Source: a virus (lineage: Duplodnaviria > Caudoviricetes). Taken from it: 54,819 nt of DNA. Positions 18,787 to 28,741 of the stretch are shown piece after piece. Position 1 is the stretch's first letter. Every line of letters starts with the position of its first letter. The stretch is from the IMG/VR virus record IMGVR_UViG_3300031965_000715, positions 1 through 54,819 of that record. One strand, 5' to 3'. The position numbers were made by a program, and so were the translations under genes. Below the pieces are notes generated by a model. It did no database searches, had not been told where the DNA came from, and saw only the letters and a program-made list of their open reading frames with translations.

Positions 18787-19818
18787 CTAGAGAGAGACCT
18801 CAGCAGCCTCTTTTACAGCTTGGATAGCATCCGCTTCCTTCTGTGCTTCTTCCGCTTCTTTTTGCAACTGAGTAGCCTTTTCGGCTGCCTCTTCAGCACG
18901 TTTCTTCTTACGTTCAGCCTTGGCTTTTTCCTTGGCTCGCTCTTTTTCAGCTCGTCGTTCCTCGTCTCTGGCTTTCTGTACTTCAATAGAGTCAGGATCA
19001 AGGCTCAAGGACCAAGCAATACCAAGAGCAAAACCAGCAACAGAGCTATTTACGCTAAATTTATCGCAAAGAGTAGACCCAGCCTCCTGAGTTGCAAGTT
19101 CGATTTCTAACTCTTTCCTAGAGCGGAGAAGTGCAATAGGTCGAAAGTCTTCTGGAGTAACGTCTCTACCTTTACGGTTTGCGTCACGAATCTCCTTAAC
19201 ACGTTGATTGACAGTGGGGGCAAATTGTTGAGGCGTCATTGTCATGGCACGATCAACAAAGTTGATTTGCTCCTCGGAGGGCAGCTTTGCCATAGCGTAA
19301 GCATTGGACAAGCCTATCTTTCCTTCATCAACAAGTTGACCGATTTCATCTGTTAATTTTAACAAACCAAGACGTTCACTAATCCAACTAGTCGTTTTAG
19401 CAAGACGACCTGCTAACTCGGTGCGAGTAAGAAGTGGATTATTCTGCAAGACCTTCAACAAAGCCTTTGAGTATTCAACAGGTTTTGTTTCGATCTTGTG
19501 AACATTCGCCATGATTTGAGCTTCAATAAGCTCGCCATCTTCGCACGAAATAATATGGCAAGGAATATCTTCCTGACCACTATCTTTACTAGCGGAAAAG
19601 CGTTGCAGCCCATCCACCAATCCATAAATCTGCTCACTGCCTTCTTCGACTGGCAGTTCTCTAATTGTAATAGGGTTCATTACGCCCCGCATACGAATTG
19701 ATTCGACAAGACCAAGGTACTCCTCAGTTGACCTGTCAACCTTACGAAGTGCTTCGTCAGGCTCGAAAATTCTTTCAAGTACAATTCGTGCTAATGTGGT
19801 CTTTTCAGACATTCTCAA
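18787..19818 (-). CDS. Second ParB-like protein with C-terminal charged coiled coil
   Basis: LVESIRMRGVMNPITIR, LVDGLQRF, HTH ELAGRLAKTTSWISERLGLL, E/K/A-rich tail; likely start 19812. Confidence 0.88.
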   Translation of the reverse strand: MRMSEKTTLARIVLERIFEPDEALRKVDRSTEEYLGLVESIRMRGVMNPITIRELPVEEGSEQIYGLVDGLQRFSASKDSGQEDIPCHIISCEDGELIEAQIMANVHKIETKPVEYSKALLKVLQNNPLLTRTELAGRLAKTTSWISERLGLLKLTDEIGQLVDEGKIGLSNAYAMAKLPSEEQINFVDRAMTMTPQQFAPTVNQRVKEIRDANRKGRDVTPEDFRPIALLRSRKELEIELATQEAGSTLCDKFSVNSSVAGFALGIAWSLSLDPDSIEVQKARDEERRAEKERAKEKAKAERKKKRAEEAAEKATQLQKEAEEAQKEADAIQAVKEAAEVSL

Positions 19819-19947
19819 TACTCCAAAGTAAAATTAACAAGTGACAGTAAACACCCATTAAAAGTAATAACTCAACCTCCTTTCATTAATTTTTAAAATT
19901 AATAGTAATACCAACAATAGGTCGCTCTAGACCATCCCATAGGTAAC

Positions 19948-20097
19948 AGACCCCCGATTCTGCAAAATGGAAGGTCTGACTGACCCGACTGAGTCTCTTA
20001 CCCCTGAACAATAGGGGACATATATATATGGTCTCAGTAATACAGGGATAGGGTATCGGGTCTAGTCAGTTCTTCCATTTTGCAGAATCGGGGGTCT
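19948..20097. repeat. Perfect 26-bp inverted repeat enclosing a structured spacer; candidate origin or divergent control region
   Basis: AGACCCCCGATTCTGCAAAATGGAAG (19948-19973) and its reverse complement (20072-20097), located at the strand switch before the primase. Confidence 0.9.
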
Positions 20098-20161
20098 TAG
20101 TAGTTGGGGAGTCTGTTAATTGCTTACATTCAATGATTTTATTAATTTTAGGAATTAAAAC

Positions 20162-22855
20162 GTGAAAGTAGTAAGAACAGAAGGAATCAAAAACTTCTTA
20201 TTAAAATTAACACATTTTGACTTAGCTAGTCTTTATAATTTTAATATGGAGTGCCAAGTCAATGTAGCCCAGGATAACGGTGAACGCATAGAAGGTGAGT
20301 ACAAAGGTAAACGCTGGCATGGATGGACGGATGGGCTTACAACGTGGAAATCTTTTCGTATACCTTGGAATGCAGCAACTGAGCCGCATTATGAGGATTC
20401 AAATTTAACATTTAGTTTAACAGATCACGCTGAAGGTATAGGCATGACTGGTTGGGACTGGAAAAACAAAAAGTCTCACTGGGTCGCTTTTGATTTTGAT
20501 TCTATTGTTAGTCATAAAGAGGGCTTAACTCATGAGCAATTAAATTTAATACAGCAGGCGGTAGCAGACATACCTTGGGTATCTATACGTAAATCAACAT
20601 CTGGTAATGGAGTACACTTCTATGTATTCCTTGAACCTGCTGTTAATACTAACAACCATAATGAACACGCCGCACTTGCACGTGCAGTCCTTGGCCAGTT
20701 GGCAGCACTAACTGGATTTGATTTTATTAATAAAGTAGATATTTGTGGCGGTAACATGTGGGTATGGCACCGAAAAATGAATGGAACAGATGGGTTAAAA
20801 TTAATAAAAAATGGAATACCTCTCAACGATCCACCTAAAAACTGGAGTGACCATATTAAAGTTGTCTCAGGCTATCGACGAAAGAATTTGCCACAAGAAA
20901 TAGAAGAACAACAATGTAACGCTTCAGAGATTGATAGGTTATTTTCTGAGCTTACAGGTCAATATGTTAAAGAGCCATTAGACAAGGATCACAGAAAATT
21001 AATAGATTTTCTTAGTGAAAATAATTGTTTATGGTGGTGGGATCAAGATAATAATATGCTTGTTACACATACCTTTCACCTAAGAGAAGCATACGAGGCA
21101 CTTGATTTAAAGGGTATTTTTGCTACCAGTTCTATTGGTAAAGAATATGGTCGAGACCATAATTGCTTTTTATTTCCACTAAGGCGTGGTGGGTGGGTAG
21201 TACGTAGATTTACGCCAGGCGTAAGTGAACACGAATCATGGGATCAAGATGGTGGTGGCTGGACACGTTGTTTCTTAAATATAGATCCAGATCTACCTAC
21301 AGCGTCACGTAGTCACACAGGAGTAGAACACCCAAGTGGTGGTTATGTATTTCGTGAAGCTGAACAAGCTCAAAAAGCTGCATTAAAATTAGGAGCAGAT
21401 TTAGGTTTGCCAAATTGGGCCTTATGCCGTCCAACAAAAATGAAACAACATAAGGATGGGAGACTTATTGTTGAGGTTGATAGAGAATCCTCTGATAACC
21501 CGCAGCAAATGGGTGGATGGGTGGAGGAGCGAGGTAAATGGAAACGTATTTATAATGTAAAGTTAAATAATTTTACTGACTCGGAAAATAGAAACTACGA
21601 TGATATAGTTAGACACTTAGTCACTGAGCAGCATGAAGATTGTGGTTGGTCAATTAAAGCTGATGATAGATGGATTCAGGAACCAGTGACCCATGTCAAG
21701 TTAGCACTTCGCTCATTAAATTTATCAGACAAAGATGTCAGTGGGGTACTTGGCGACAATATTTTTAAACGCTGGACTTTAGTCAACAAACCCTTCCAGC
21801 CTGAATATCCAGGTGATAGACAGTGGAACAAAAATTCTTGTCAATTAATGTTTCACCCTTCTAATAGTGACGAATTACATTATCCTACATGGTTAAAAAT
21901 ATTATCACACGTAGGTGATAGTATTACTCCTTCTCTACACGCTATGCCCTGGGCTGCTAACAACGGTATTGAGACTGGGGCTGATTATCTAAAGTGTTGG
22001 ATAGCTTCCGTATTTCAGCAACCTTTTGAGCCTCTACCATTTCTATTTTTATTTGGTCCAGAGGCCAGTGGCAAGTCTATCTTTCATGAAGCCCTCAGTC
22101 TCTTAATTAGTCCTTCAGGTTATCAAAGAGCAGAAAGTGCATTAACTTCGCAGTCTTTATTTAATGCTGAGCTTCAAAATGCTATTATTTGTGTTGTTGA
22201 AGAAATAAATTTATCACAGAAAAATAAAACTGCATACACTAGAATTAAAGACTGGGTTACGGCTCCACAACTCTCAGTACATAGAAAAAATATAACACCG
22301 TTTATGGCACCGAACACTACTCACTGGATTCATTGTGCTAATGACATTAACGCATGTCCTGTATTTCCAGGTGATACACGTATTACCGTGATACATGTTG
22401 GCTCTATCCCGACGAGTGAGTGGGAAAGTAAGCGTTCACTTATTAATAAGTTAAAGAAGGAAGCTTCTGATTTTCTTGGAGAAATAATGAAGCTGGAGTT
22501 ACCAGAGTCAACAGATAGATTAAATATACCTGTTGCTGAAACGCATGAGAAAAACTTAATACAAAAAATGAATCAAGGTTCTCTAGAGCAGTTTATTGAA
22601 GAGCAGTGCTTTTATGCACCTGGGTATGCTGTTACTTTTAGTGAATTTTTTGAGAAATTTATGAAGTCTCTTGATTCTGCTGAAGTTCTAGACTGGTCAA
22701 AAAAGAAACTAGGCAGACTTATACCATTGCCCTTTGTTAAAGGTCGCTGGAAAAATAATGAATTCTTTATTGGTAATATAAGTTTTGAGGAGCCAGAAGA
22801 GATAAGAAAACCTTTTATCGTTGTAAACAATAAATTAGCAGTTAAAGGAGATTGA
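20162..22855 (+). CDS. Primase-helicase (AEP-like N-terminus, D5/DUF5906-like P-loop C-terminus)
   Basis: AFDFD and STSGNGVHFY primase motifs; Walker A GPEASGKS, VVEE, IKDWVT. Confidence 0.87.
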   Translation: MKVVRTEGIKNFLLKLTHFDLASLYNFNMECQVNVAQDNGERIEGEYKGKRWHGWTDGLTTWKSFRIPWNAATEPHYEDSNLTFSLTDHAEGIGMTGWDWKNKKSHWVAFDFDSIVSHKEGLTHEQLNLIQQAVADIPWVSIRKSTSGNGVHFYVFLEPAVNTNNHNEHAALARAVLGQLAALTGFDFINKVDICGGNMWVWHRKMNGTDGLKLIKNGIPLNDPPKNWSDHIKVVSGYRRKNLPQEIEEQQCNASEIDRLFSELTGQYVKEPLDKDHRKLIDFLSENNCLWWWDQDNNMLVTHTFHLREAYEALDLKGIFATSSIGKEYGRDHNCFLFPLRRGGWVVRRFTPGVSEHESWDQDGGGWTRCFLNIDPDLPTASRSHTGVEHPSGGYVFREAEQAQKAALKLGADLGLPNWALCRPTKMKQHKDGRLIVEVDRESSDNPQQMGGWVEERGKWKRIYNVKLNNFTDSENRNYDDIVRHLVTEQHEDCGWSIKADDRWIQEPVTHVKLALRSLNLSDKDVSGVLGDNIFKRWTLVNKPFQPEYPGDRQWNKNSCQLMFHPSNSDELHYPTWLKILSHVGDSITPSLHAMPWAANNGIETGADYLKCWIASVFQQPFEPLPFLFLFGPEASGKSIFHEALSLLISPSGYQRAESALTSQSLFNAELQNAIICVVEEINLSQKNKTAYTRIKDWVTAPQLSVHRKNITPFMAPNTTHWIHCANDINACPVFPGDTRITVIHVGSIPTSEWESKRSLINKLKKEASDFLGEIMKLELPESTDRLNIPVAETHEKNLIQKMNQGSLEQFIEEQCFYAPGYAVTFSEFFEKFMKSLDSAEVLDWSKKKLGRLIPLPFVKGRWKNNEFFIGNISFEEPEEIRKPFIVVNNKLAVKGD

Positions 22856-23502
22856 AAGTGTTGTTGCTAAAACCATCATTTGTAATAGAGCAACTAAAAC
22901 CAAGAGAAGATATATTACGAAATCTTGAAACATTTGGTAGAGTTTGTTATAAATCAGAAGACTTAATATCACTAGATTCAGCCAGTAAATTTTGTTCTAT
23001 GATATTAAAAAGAAATCATCTTTCAGTTATTGAGCATGAATCAATGACTGTTAGATTTATTTGTGATCGTGGATTTACTCACGAGCTAGTAAGGCATAGA
23101 CTTGCTAGCTTTTCTCAAGAAAGTACAAGATATTGTAACTACTCAAAGAAGGGAGTAGCTTTTATTTTACCTCCTTGGGTAGAAATAGAGCCAGGCAACT
23201 ATATAGATATTATCTGTAGGCATGAAGTTTTTGCAGTTAATGATTATATTTGGTACTTATCCCTAAAACAGGCAGAGGATAGATATATTAAATTAATTGA
23301 AAATGGATGGTCACCACAGCAAGCACGCTCTATACTTCCAAATAGTCTTAAAACAGAGATAATAGTTACTGCTAATCTTAGAGAGTGGCAACATATTTTT
23401 ACTCTACGTTGTAACTCATCAGCTCATCCACAAATGCAGGAGCTAATGGTGCCTTTGCGAAACACGCTACGAGGCCATTTGCCGGAGATTTTTAATGTCT
23501 GA
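22852..23502 (+). CDS. thyX: FAD-dependent thymidylate synthase
   Basis: HLSVIEH, THELVRHRLASFSQESTRY, ARSILPN, NLREWQH, AHPQM. Confidence 0.97.
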   Translation: MKVLLLKPSFVIEQLKPREDILRNLETFGRVCYKSEDLISLDSASKFCSMILKRNHLSVIEHESMTVRFICDRGFTHELVRHRLASFSQESTRYCNYSKKGVAFILPPWVEIEPGNYIDIICRHEVFAVNDYIWYLSLKQAEDRYIKLIENGWSPQQARSILPNSLKTEIIVTANLREWQHIFTLRCNSSAHPQMQELMVPLRNTLRGHLPEIFNV

Positions 23503-23827
23503 GAAAGCCGCAAGATATAGTGATGGAAAACCTCAATTAAGTTACATTTTGCACTTCCCTACTTCGGTTACTTGTTTAGGACGGATAATGGAATATGGTG
23601 CTAAGAAATACGCACCTATGAATTGGAAAAAAGGAGGCAAACCAGATCAAGAATACCTTGACTCATGCTTGCGTCACCTGTACATATGGATGAGAGGCCA
23701 ACAGTACGATGAGGAATCAGGTTGTAACCATATTGGACATGCTATCTGGAATCTAATGGCTTTATTAGATTTAAATTACCCTAACGAAGCTATCAATATC
23801 GAAGAGTTTGGAAAGGAAAAGAAATAA
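23495..23827 (+). CDS. dATP/dGTP diphosphohydrolase domain protein (DUF5664-like)
   Basis: DGKP, YGAKKYAPMNWKKG, SCLRHL, DEESGCNHIGHAIWN. Confidence 0.88.
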   Translation: MSEKAARYSDGKPQLSYILHFPTSVTCLGRIMEYGAKKYAPMNWKKGGKPDQEYLDSCLRHLYIWMRGQQYDEESGCNHIGHAIWNLMALLDLNYPNEAINIEEFGKEKK

Positions 23828-24438
23828 TGCTTCATTTAAATGGTAATGTATTAGTTGTTTGCGACGTTGAAACCACTGGTCTACGTGCAGGCTATAATGA
23901 AATTACCCAAGTGGCTTTTCTTCCACTTGGGCCAGATTTAAAACCTAAGAGGGATATTGTTCCCTTTGATCTATTATTAAAAATAGAACATGAGGAAAGA
24001 ATTGACTGGGATGCCTTACGTGTTACAAAAACTGACTTCTTCAAACATCAGCAAGTAGCGATGTGTAAATATGAAGCTGCTGATTTATTTGAAGATTGGG
24101 TTCAGAAGTTGAAACTACCGGAGCGGAAAAGAATTAGCCCACTTGCACATAACTGGAAATTTGACCAAAGTTTTATTGTTGATTGGTTAGGCCATGCAAG
24201 CTTTGAGTTATTTTTTGATGGTCGTGCAAGAGACACTATGGAAGCGGCCCTGTATATTAATGATGTATATGATAACAGAAATGAGCCCATCCCATTTCCT
24301 AAAGTTAATCTTTCCTATATCGCTTCCATGTTAAAAATACCACATGATAGGGCTCATAACGCTTTAGCAGACTGTGTCATTACGGCAGAAGTTTACAGGT
24401 TACTGGTCGCTGGAAAATATCTTGAAGCAGTGGAATAG
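23827..24438 (+). CDS. DEDDh (DnaQ-like) 3'-5' exonuclease
   Basis: DVETTG, AHNWKFD, DTM, AHNALAD. Confidence 0.92.
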   Translation: MLHLNGNVLVVCDVETTGLRAGYNEITQVAFLPLGPDLKPKRDIVPFDLLLKIEHEERIDWDALRVTKTDFFKHQQVAMCKYEAADLFEDWVQKLKLPERKRISPLAHNWKFDQSFIVDWLGHASFELFFDGRARDTMEAALYINDVYDNRNEPIPFPKVNLSYIASMLKIPHDRAHNALADCVITAEVYRLLVAGKYLEAVE

Positions 24439-24440
24439 AC

Positions 24441-25070
24441 ATGAAGTCTCTTATTGAAGCCTACCATAAAAATAAAAAACTTTTATCTCAGAAGGAGATA
24501 GAGGATATATACCCTTTAGCTGTTGAAGGGAATTCTGTAGCTATAGAAAAGCTCTTCTGGGCAAGTTGTGGGCTTATATTAAAACTTGCTGCTAAACACA
24601 CAAAAGGAAGTAGCTCTTGCACATTTGAGGAGTTTATTTCTTCTGGTTACTTAGGTTTTTTACAAGGTATAAAGACAGGTGGATTTAATGCTAACAAAGG
24701 GTCATGGTCAACTTATATTTACTATTACATTGATGGGCACATGAGGTTTGAAAAATTAAACACTACAGTTATACATTTTCCATATTACCTTAAAGGAAAA
24801 GCCCCTTATAAAGTAGAAAACTTGGACTCTCTAGAGTCTCCTGTTTTTCTTGTTATTGAAGAAGAAGAAGAACGATATCCTTATAAAAAGGAACTAATTG
24901 ATAAAGCTTTTAAAACACTGCCTAAAAGAGAACAGTTTATTATTAAGGAACTATTTCTTAAGCAGAAAACACTAGCTGAAGTAGGTAAAAAGTTAGGTAT
25001 ATCTAGAGAAAGAGTAAGACAAATTAAAGAAGAAGCTCTTAAAAAAGTAAAAAAGCTACTTCCCTCTTAA
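24441..25070 (+). CDS. Sigma-70 family sigma factor
   Basis: LSQKE, EEFISSGYLGFLQGI, STYIYYYI, region 4 TLAEVGKKLGISRERVRQIKEEALKK. Confidence 0.9.
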   Translation: MKSLIEAYHKNKKLLSQKEIEDIYPLAVEGNSVAIEKLFWASCGLILKLAAKHTKGSSSCTFEEFISSGYLGFLQGIKTGGFNANKGSWSTYIYYYIDGHMRFEKLNTTVIHFPYYLKGKAPYKVENLDSLESPVFLVIEEEEERYPYKKELIDKAFKTLPKREQFIIKELFLKQKTLAEVGKKLGISRERVRQIKEEALKKVKKLLPS

Positions 25071-25253
25071 GCTGACTTCTGTTTTAGTAATAAAACGTAA
25101 CACTATATTTAACATACCCATTATTGTACCTAATATAGCTACAGTTTCTGGGTTTTTAGCTATCCAACTTTCACCTTGTAACAGTAAAAGTATAGACGCT
25201 ATTGAAGTTAACACGTTAGCCCAAACAGTTTTACTTTTCCACCAAGGTTTCAT
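25056..25253 (-). CDS. Putative holin (two TM helices)
   Basis: KPWWKSKTVWAN N-terminus, two hydrophobic segments, LRFITK. Confidence 0.65.
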   Translation of the reverse strand: MKPWWKSKTVWANVLTSIASILLLLQGESWIAKNPETVAILGTIMGMLNIVLRFITKTEVSLRGK

Positions 25254-25255
25254 GG

Positions 25256-26170
25256 CTAATCACAGATAAAAAGGTAAGATGTATTGAACCTGTTAAAGAG
25301 TCTCTGGCCGGGATTCCAGTCACTTAAGTCAGACCAGTAGTGCCAATTAGTTGCACTACCAGTCATAAGAATCCAACCACCAGCTATAGCTTGTGGGGCA
25401 GTTAATGGTATAGTTGAGGAAGATATGGTTGGGGCAGTTGCGTAATAAGGAACACCAATTAGTCTCCCATCAACAATAGTACCAGATTGACTTAATGTCC
25501 AGTAAGGGGTAAATATACTATGTCCCCATCTATCTGATGGCGTATCATCTTCATCACCACTATCAGTACCACTAGGTATATCATCAAAATTTCCATTTGA
25601 GGTATTATTATAAGATAGTGTATAAATACGCCACTCGTCATGTCCAGAGTAATCAATATAAAGTGGACAAATTTCTACATCAGGATTAAGCCCTTCGTTG
25701 ACTTTATAAAGTATTTCGTCAGTAATTAACTGATACTGATAATTATAAAACTCAGGAGTTATAGCTGTACTATTTAAGTAATAATTCACACCATAAGGTG
25801 GCAATACTCCAGGTACTGGGTTGTAAGGCTTGTCTATAATTAGAGTTCTCAGCAACATTCCCGCGTAATTTCCCCAAGGTATAAGTTGTGAAGGTGGATA
25901 GAAGCTAGGAAATTCAGTTTCTGTATTTTTCATGCCTACTACAACTATATCATTAGCATAAAAATCATCTTCAAGATCAAGATGCTCAATTAAATAGTCA
26001 TATCTATTTCTAAATAGAGCCCCTTTCATTGGACTATTTTGTACTGTTTCAAGATTATTTGGATTTCCTATTGTCGTTGCTGTCCAGTTTTTAAGCCATA
26101 CTGTATCCTCAGTATCAACAATACTTTGTCCAGGAACAACTATACGCAAATGTGTAGGATTTACAGCCAT
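25256..26170 (-). CDS. Putative tail tip/receptor-binding protein
   Basis: Aromatic- and Pro-rich protein, last gene of the tail operon; positional inference. Confidence 0.5.
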   Translation of the reverse strand: MAVNPTHLRIVVPGQSIVDTEDTVWLKNWTATTIGNPNNLETVQNSPMKGALFRNRYDYLIEHLDLEDDFYANDIVVVGMKNTETEFPSFYPPSQLIPWGNYAGMLLRTLIIDKPYNPVPGVLPPYGVNYYLNSTAITPEFYNYQYQLITDEILYKVNEGLNPDVEICPLYIDYSGHDEWRIYTLSYNNTSNGNFDDIPSGTDSGDEDDTPSDRWGHSIFTPYWTLSQSGTIVDGRLIGVPYYATAPTISSSTIPLTAPQAIAGGWILMTGSATNWHYWSDLSDWNPGQRLFNRFNTSYLFICD

Positions 26171-26685
26171 ACTGGAACCTGCATAGTATATTCTTCGTAG
26201 TTTGTTCCATTTTCAGTCCACTGACTTAGCCCCACCATTACCCACGTATTTGCTGGTATATCTTCCCAGTTGGCAAGTTGTAACTGTGTAGCTTGCACTG
26301 TTTCTGGGTCACCGGACAAACCATTCTTATAAACATCAACTAAGTAAACAGCAGGCGAAGTACCGTAACCTGTCCCTTCTCTTGAGACAAAACTTACAAT
26401 TTTACCTGGCATATAGGAGGTTGCCGCACCAGTGCTTTCTTCAACTTCAGGCTCAGGATAGGTATACGTACCAAAAACAATATTGTATTGAGGTTCAGCA
26501 ATAGGCCCAAGTGGTATTGAATGAAATTTAGGTACAGGTTTGACATCGTTGAGATCAGATGGTATCTGCTCCCCCCAATCCCGTCCCTGTATTCTTGCAC
26601 CATTAGACTCAAGTTCGGACTTAGGTTCATTCCCAAAAATATCCCTCAACGCTTGTACCTGGTCCGTTACCTCCTGCGTAACCAT
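26161..26685 (-). CDS. Putative minor tail protein
   Basis: Position in the tail operon, GAGGA SD, C-terminal OB-like beta segment. Confidence 0.55.
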   Translation of the reverse strand: MVTQEVTDQVQALRDIFGNEPKSELESNGARIQGRDWGEQIPSDLNDVKPVPKFHSIPLGPIAEPQYNIVFGTYTYPEPEVEESTGAATSYMPGKIVSFVSREGTGYGTSPAVYLVDVYKNGLSGDPETVQATQLQLANWEDIPANTWVMVGLSQWTENGTNYEEYTMQVPVWL

Positions 26686-28741
26686 TACTTATTTCCTCAT
26701 TAGTCGGAAAAAACAATTCAACTGATATGTTTTGTGGTTTTGCGAAATTATAAGATAACATATCTCCACAACGCACAGGCAACCAAGCTTCAAAACTTAT
26801 TAATTTTGCATTAGAATCATAGCTAACTTGTGTAATAGTGCCTTTTACATCCTCATTAGCAATATAGTTTGTATTAAAATCAAAGAGAACAGTGTCAAAA
26901 GTTTCAATAGCCAATTTATCAAGATACGTATTAAAATTAATACTTTTCCAAACATTGGCAAAACGGATAAGCCAGAAAGTAGCTGACTTAATAACTAATT
27001 CCTGTATGTTATAAATATAAAAATCTATTTCTCTTTCTAATGTACCATACTTTTTAACATTATGCCTAAGAACTACTTTATTTTTACTAGTTTTAGCTAG
27101 ATTATCTGTCCAAGTAGCTGTTAGTTTTGTTACAATTTCCTCAGTGTTTGTTGTGTTGATAACAAGAGAACCAACATCAATGTCTGCTTCCGTTATTGTG
27201 TCAATACTTGCTTCGTCCTCTGATAAGTATTTTAAATAAAAAATGCCCTCGGAAATCCATATTGAACAACGTGCTTGAAAAGCTATTTCTTCAAGCAGAG
27301 TCATTATATTTTTTCTATCAAGCAATGCAAAGTGCGATGGGTAATTATCTATATAAGTTCGTACTGCATTAAAAGTAGTAACATCATAACTTAAATCAGT
27401 ATAGGTTTCAATTAGCCAGATCATAATGTCTACTGTATTAGGTCCTACAGTAGACTCTATAGTTGCATAGATATCATCACTAAAAGTTTCATCAAAGCTA
27501 CTTAGTGGCTTTGAAAACTCTACATAAGTTATAGTGTAATCACCAACTATTGTTTGCTTTACCTCAAAATATTCTCCTGGCACACCCGTAAGTACACGCC
27601 CATTTTCTACTTGCTTATACGCTTGTAGAAATAAATTTGTTGATGGAAGTAAATTTAACACATAAATAATTGGCAATTCAGACTGTATAGATATTGTCGA
27701 GCCTTCAGCTTTCCAGGTAAAACCAAATGGATTTCCAGTATAGCCTGGATAATCTGTAACTTCTCGTGTTTCTATATGTAAGACATTACCGCTTACATAA
27801 CCAGTTAATATAACATTTCCTATTTCAAATGATAGTGTTGTATTTTGAGGAAACTTGCTACCATCTACTAAATTTATTGTATCTGTTTCGTATCCCTGCT
27901 GTTCCTGGTATTTTTCTAATAAATCGCTACGTTCATCCTGGGCTCGTACTAATTCACTTGAGATAGAAGCAATAGTGGACTGTAACTGTAAAGCTACGCT
28001 AGCTGCAGCCGAGCGTTGCCCCTCAGTGTCTCCATAGTCTGCTGTATATTCTGCTTGTGCCAATGCGTAAACGTATAATTGTAGCAGTGTTTGGAAATCT
28101 GATATAATTCCAATTAATTCATCAAGTCTTTCTTTGACTGAGGGATCAGCTACTGCTACTGGATTTGAAGTAAGTGTATTTGGGATTTCACTGAGTAGTG
28201 TTGCAGGTACATTTTGAACTGTGCCAAAAACTAATGGCCAGGGGACACCAACAGCTTCCTCTGGCAAATATGGAAAATAACCTTCTTCTGGTGAGAAGCC
28301 TACTTCTTTGTCTGTTAATTTTGTTACAACTTCAAAACTTAATGTTCGATCACCTTCACTCCATTTAATAGGGCTAGAAATTTGCCCCTCATAAAGTTTG
28401 AAACTCTCAGCTACTTGTACTCCTTCAAACCACTGATGCAGCTTACAGTGTTTACCATGTATATCATAGCTGTTAAATATTTCTTTCAAGTCTCCTTCTA
28501 CATCGCTTAATACTACGCTGATGCCTTGTGTTTGACCTTGCTGATCTAATTTTACAACACTTTCAAGAGCACTTAGTGATAGAATTTTACCCTTAACTTG
28601 CTCCTCATAACTAGATATTTCCTTATCAGCGTACTTTAAATATTGTCCTCCTTCAACCCACTGTACCTCTAGTATATTTACAGGCTCAGTACCGAAGGAT
28701 TGTGCTAGTAAGCTTTGAATTGCTGAGCTAAGAGTTTTCAT
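26627..28741 (-). CDS. Tail hub/tip protein
   Basis: 704 aa downstream of the tape measure; GVPWPLVFGTVQNVPA motif typical of tail-tip proteins; internal coiled coil. Confidence 0.7.
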   Translation of the reverse strand: MKTLSSAIQSLLAQSFGTEPVNILEVQWVEGGQYLKYADKEISSYEEQVKGKILSLSALESVVKLDQQGQTQGISVVLSDVEGDLKEIFNSYDIHGKHCKLHQWFEGVQVAESFKLYEGQISSPIKWSEGDRTLSFEVVTKLTDKEVGFSPEEGYFPYLPEEAVGVPWPLVFGTVQNVPATLLSEIPNTLTSNPVAVADPSVKERLDELIGIISDFQTLLQLYVYALAQAEYTADYGDTEGQRSAAASVALQLQSTIASISSELVRAQDERSDLLEKYQEQQGYETDTINLVDGSKFPQNTTLSFEIGNVILTGYVSGNVLHIETREVTDYPGYTGNPFGFTWKAEGSTISIQSELPIIYVLNLLPSTNLFLQAYKQVENGRVLTGVPGEYFEVKQTIVGDYTITYVEFSKPLSSFDETFSDDIYATIESTVGPNTVDIMIWLIETYTDLSYDVTTFNAVRTYIDNYPSHFALLDRKNIMTLLEEIAFQARCSIWISEGIFYLKYLSEDEASIDTITEADIDVGSLVINTTNTEEIVTKLTATWTDNLAKTSKNKVVLRHNVKKYGTLEREIDFYIYNIQELVIKSATFWLIRFANVWKSINFNTYLDKLAIETFDTVLFDFNTNYIANEDVKGTITQVSYDSNAKLISFEAWLPVRCGDMLSYNFAKPQNISVELFFPTNEEISNGYAGGNGPGTSVEGYFWE

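Noticed and set aside
23495-23827. Z-base (2-aminoadenine) or 7-deazaguanine pathway
   Set aside because: Only the diphosphohydrolase is present; no PurZ, QueC/D/E, FolE or DpdA is recognisable in the window
26627-26685. Programmed frameshift joining the 704-aa and 174-aa tail ORFs (59-bp overlap, TAT TTT TGG)
   Set aside because: It would need a +1 shift, and the downstream ORF has its own GAGGA SD and ATG; not excluded but unsupported
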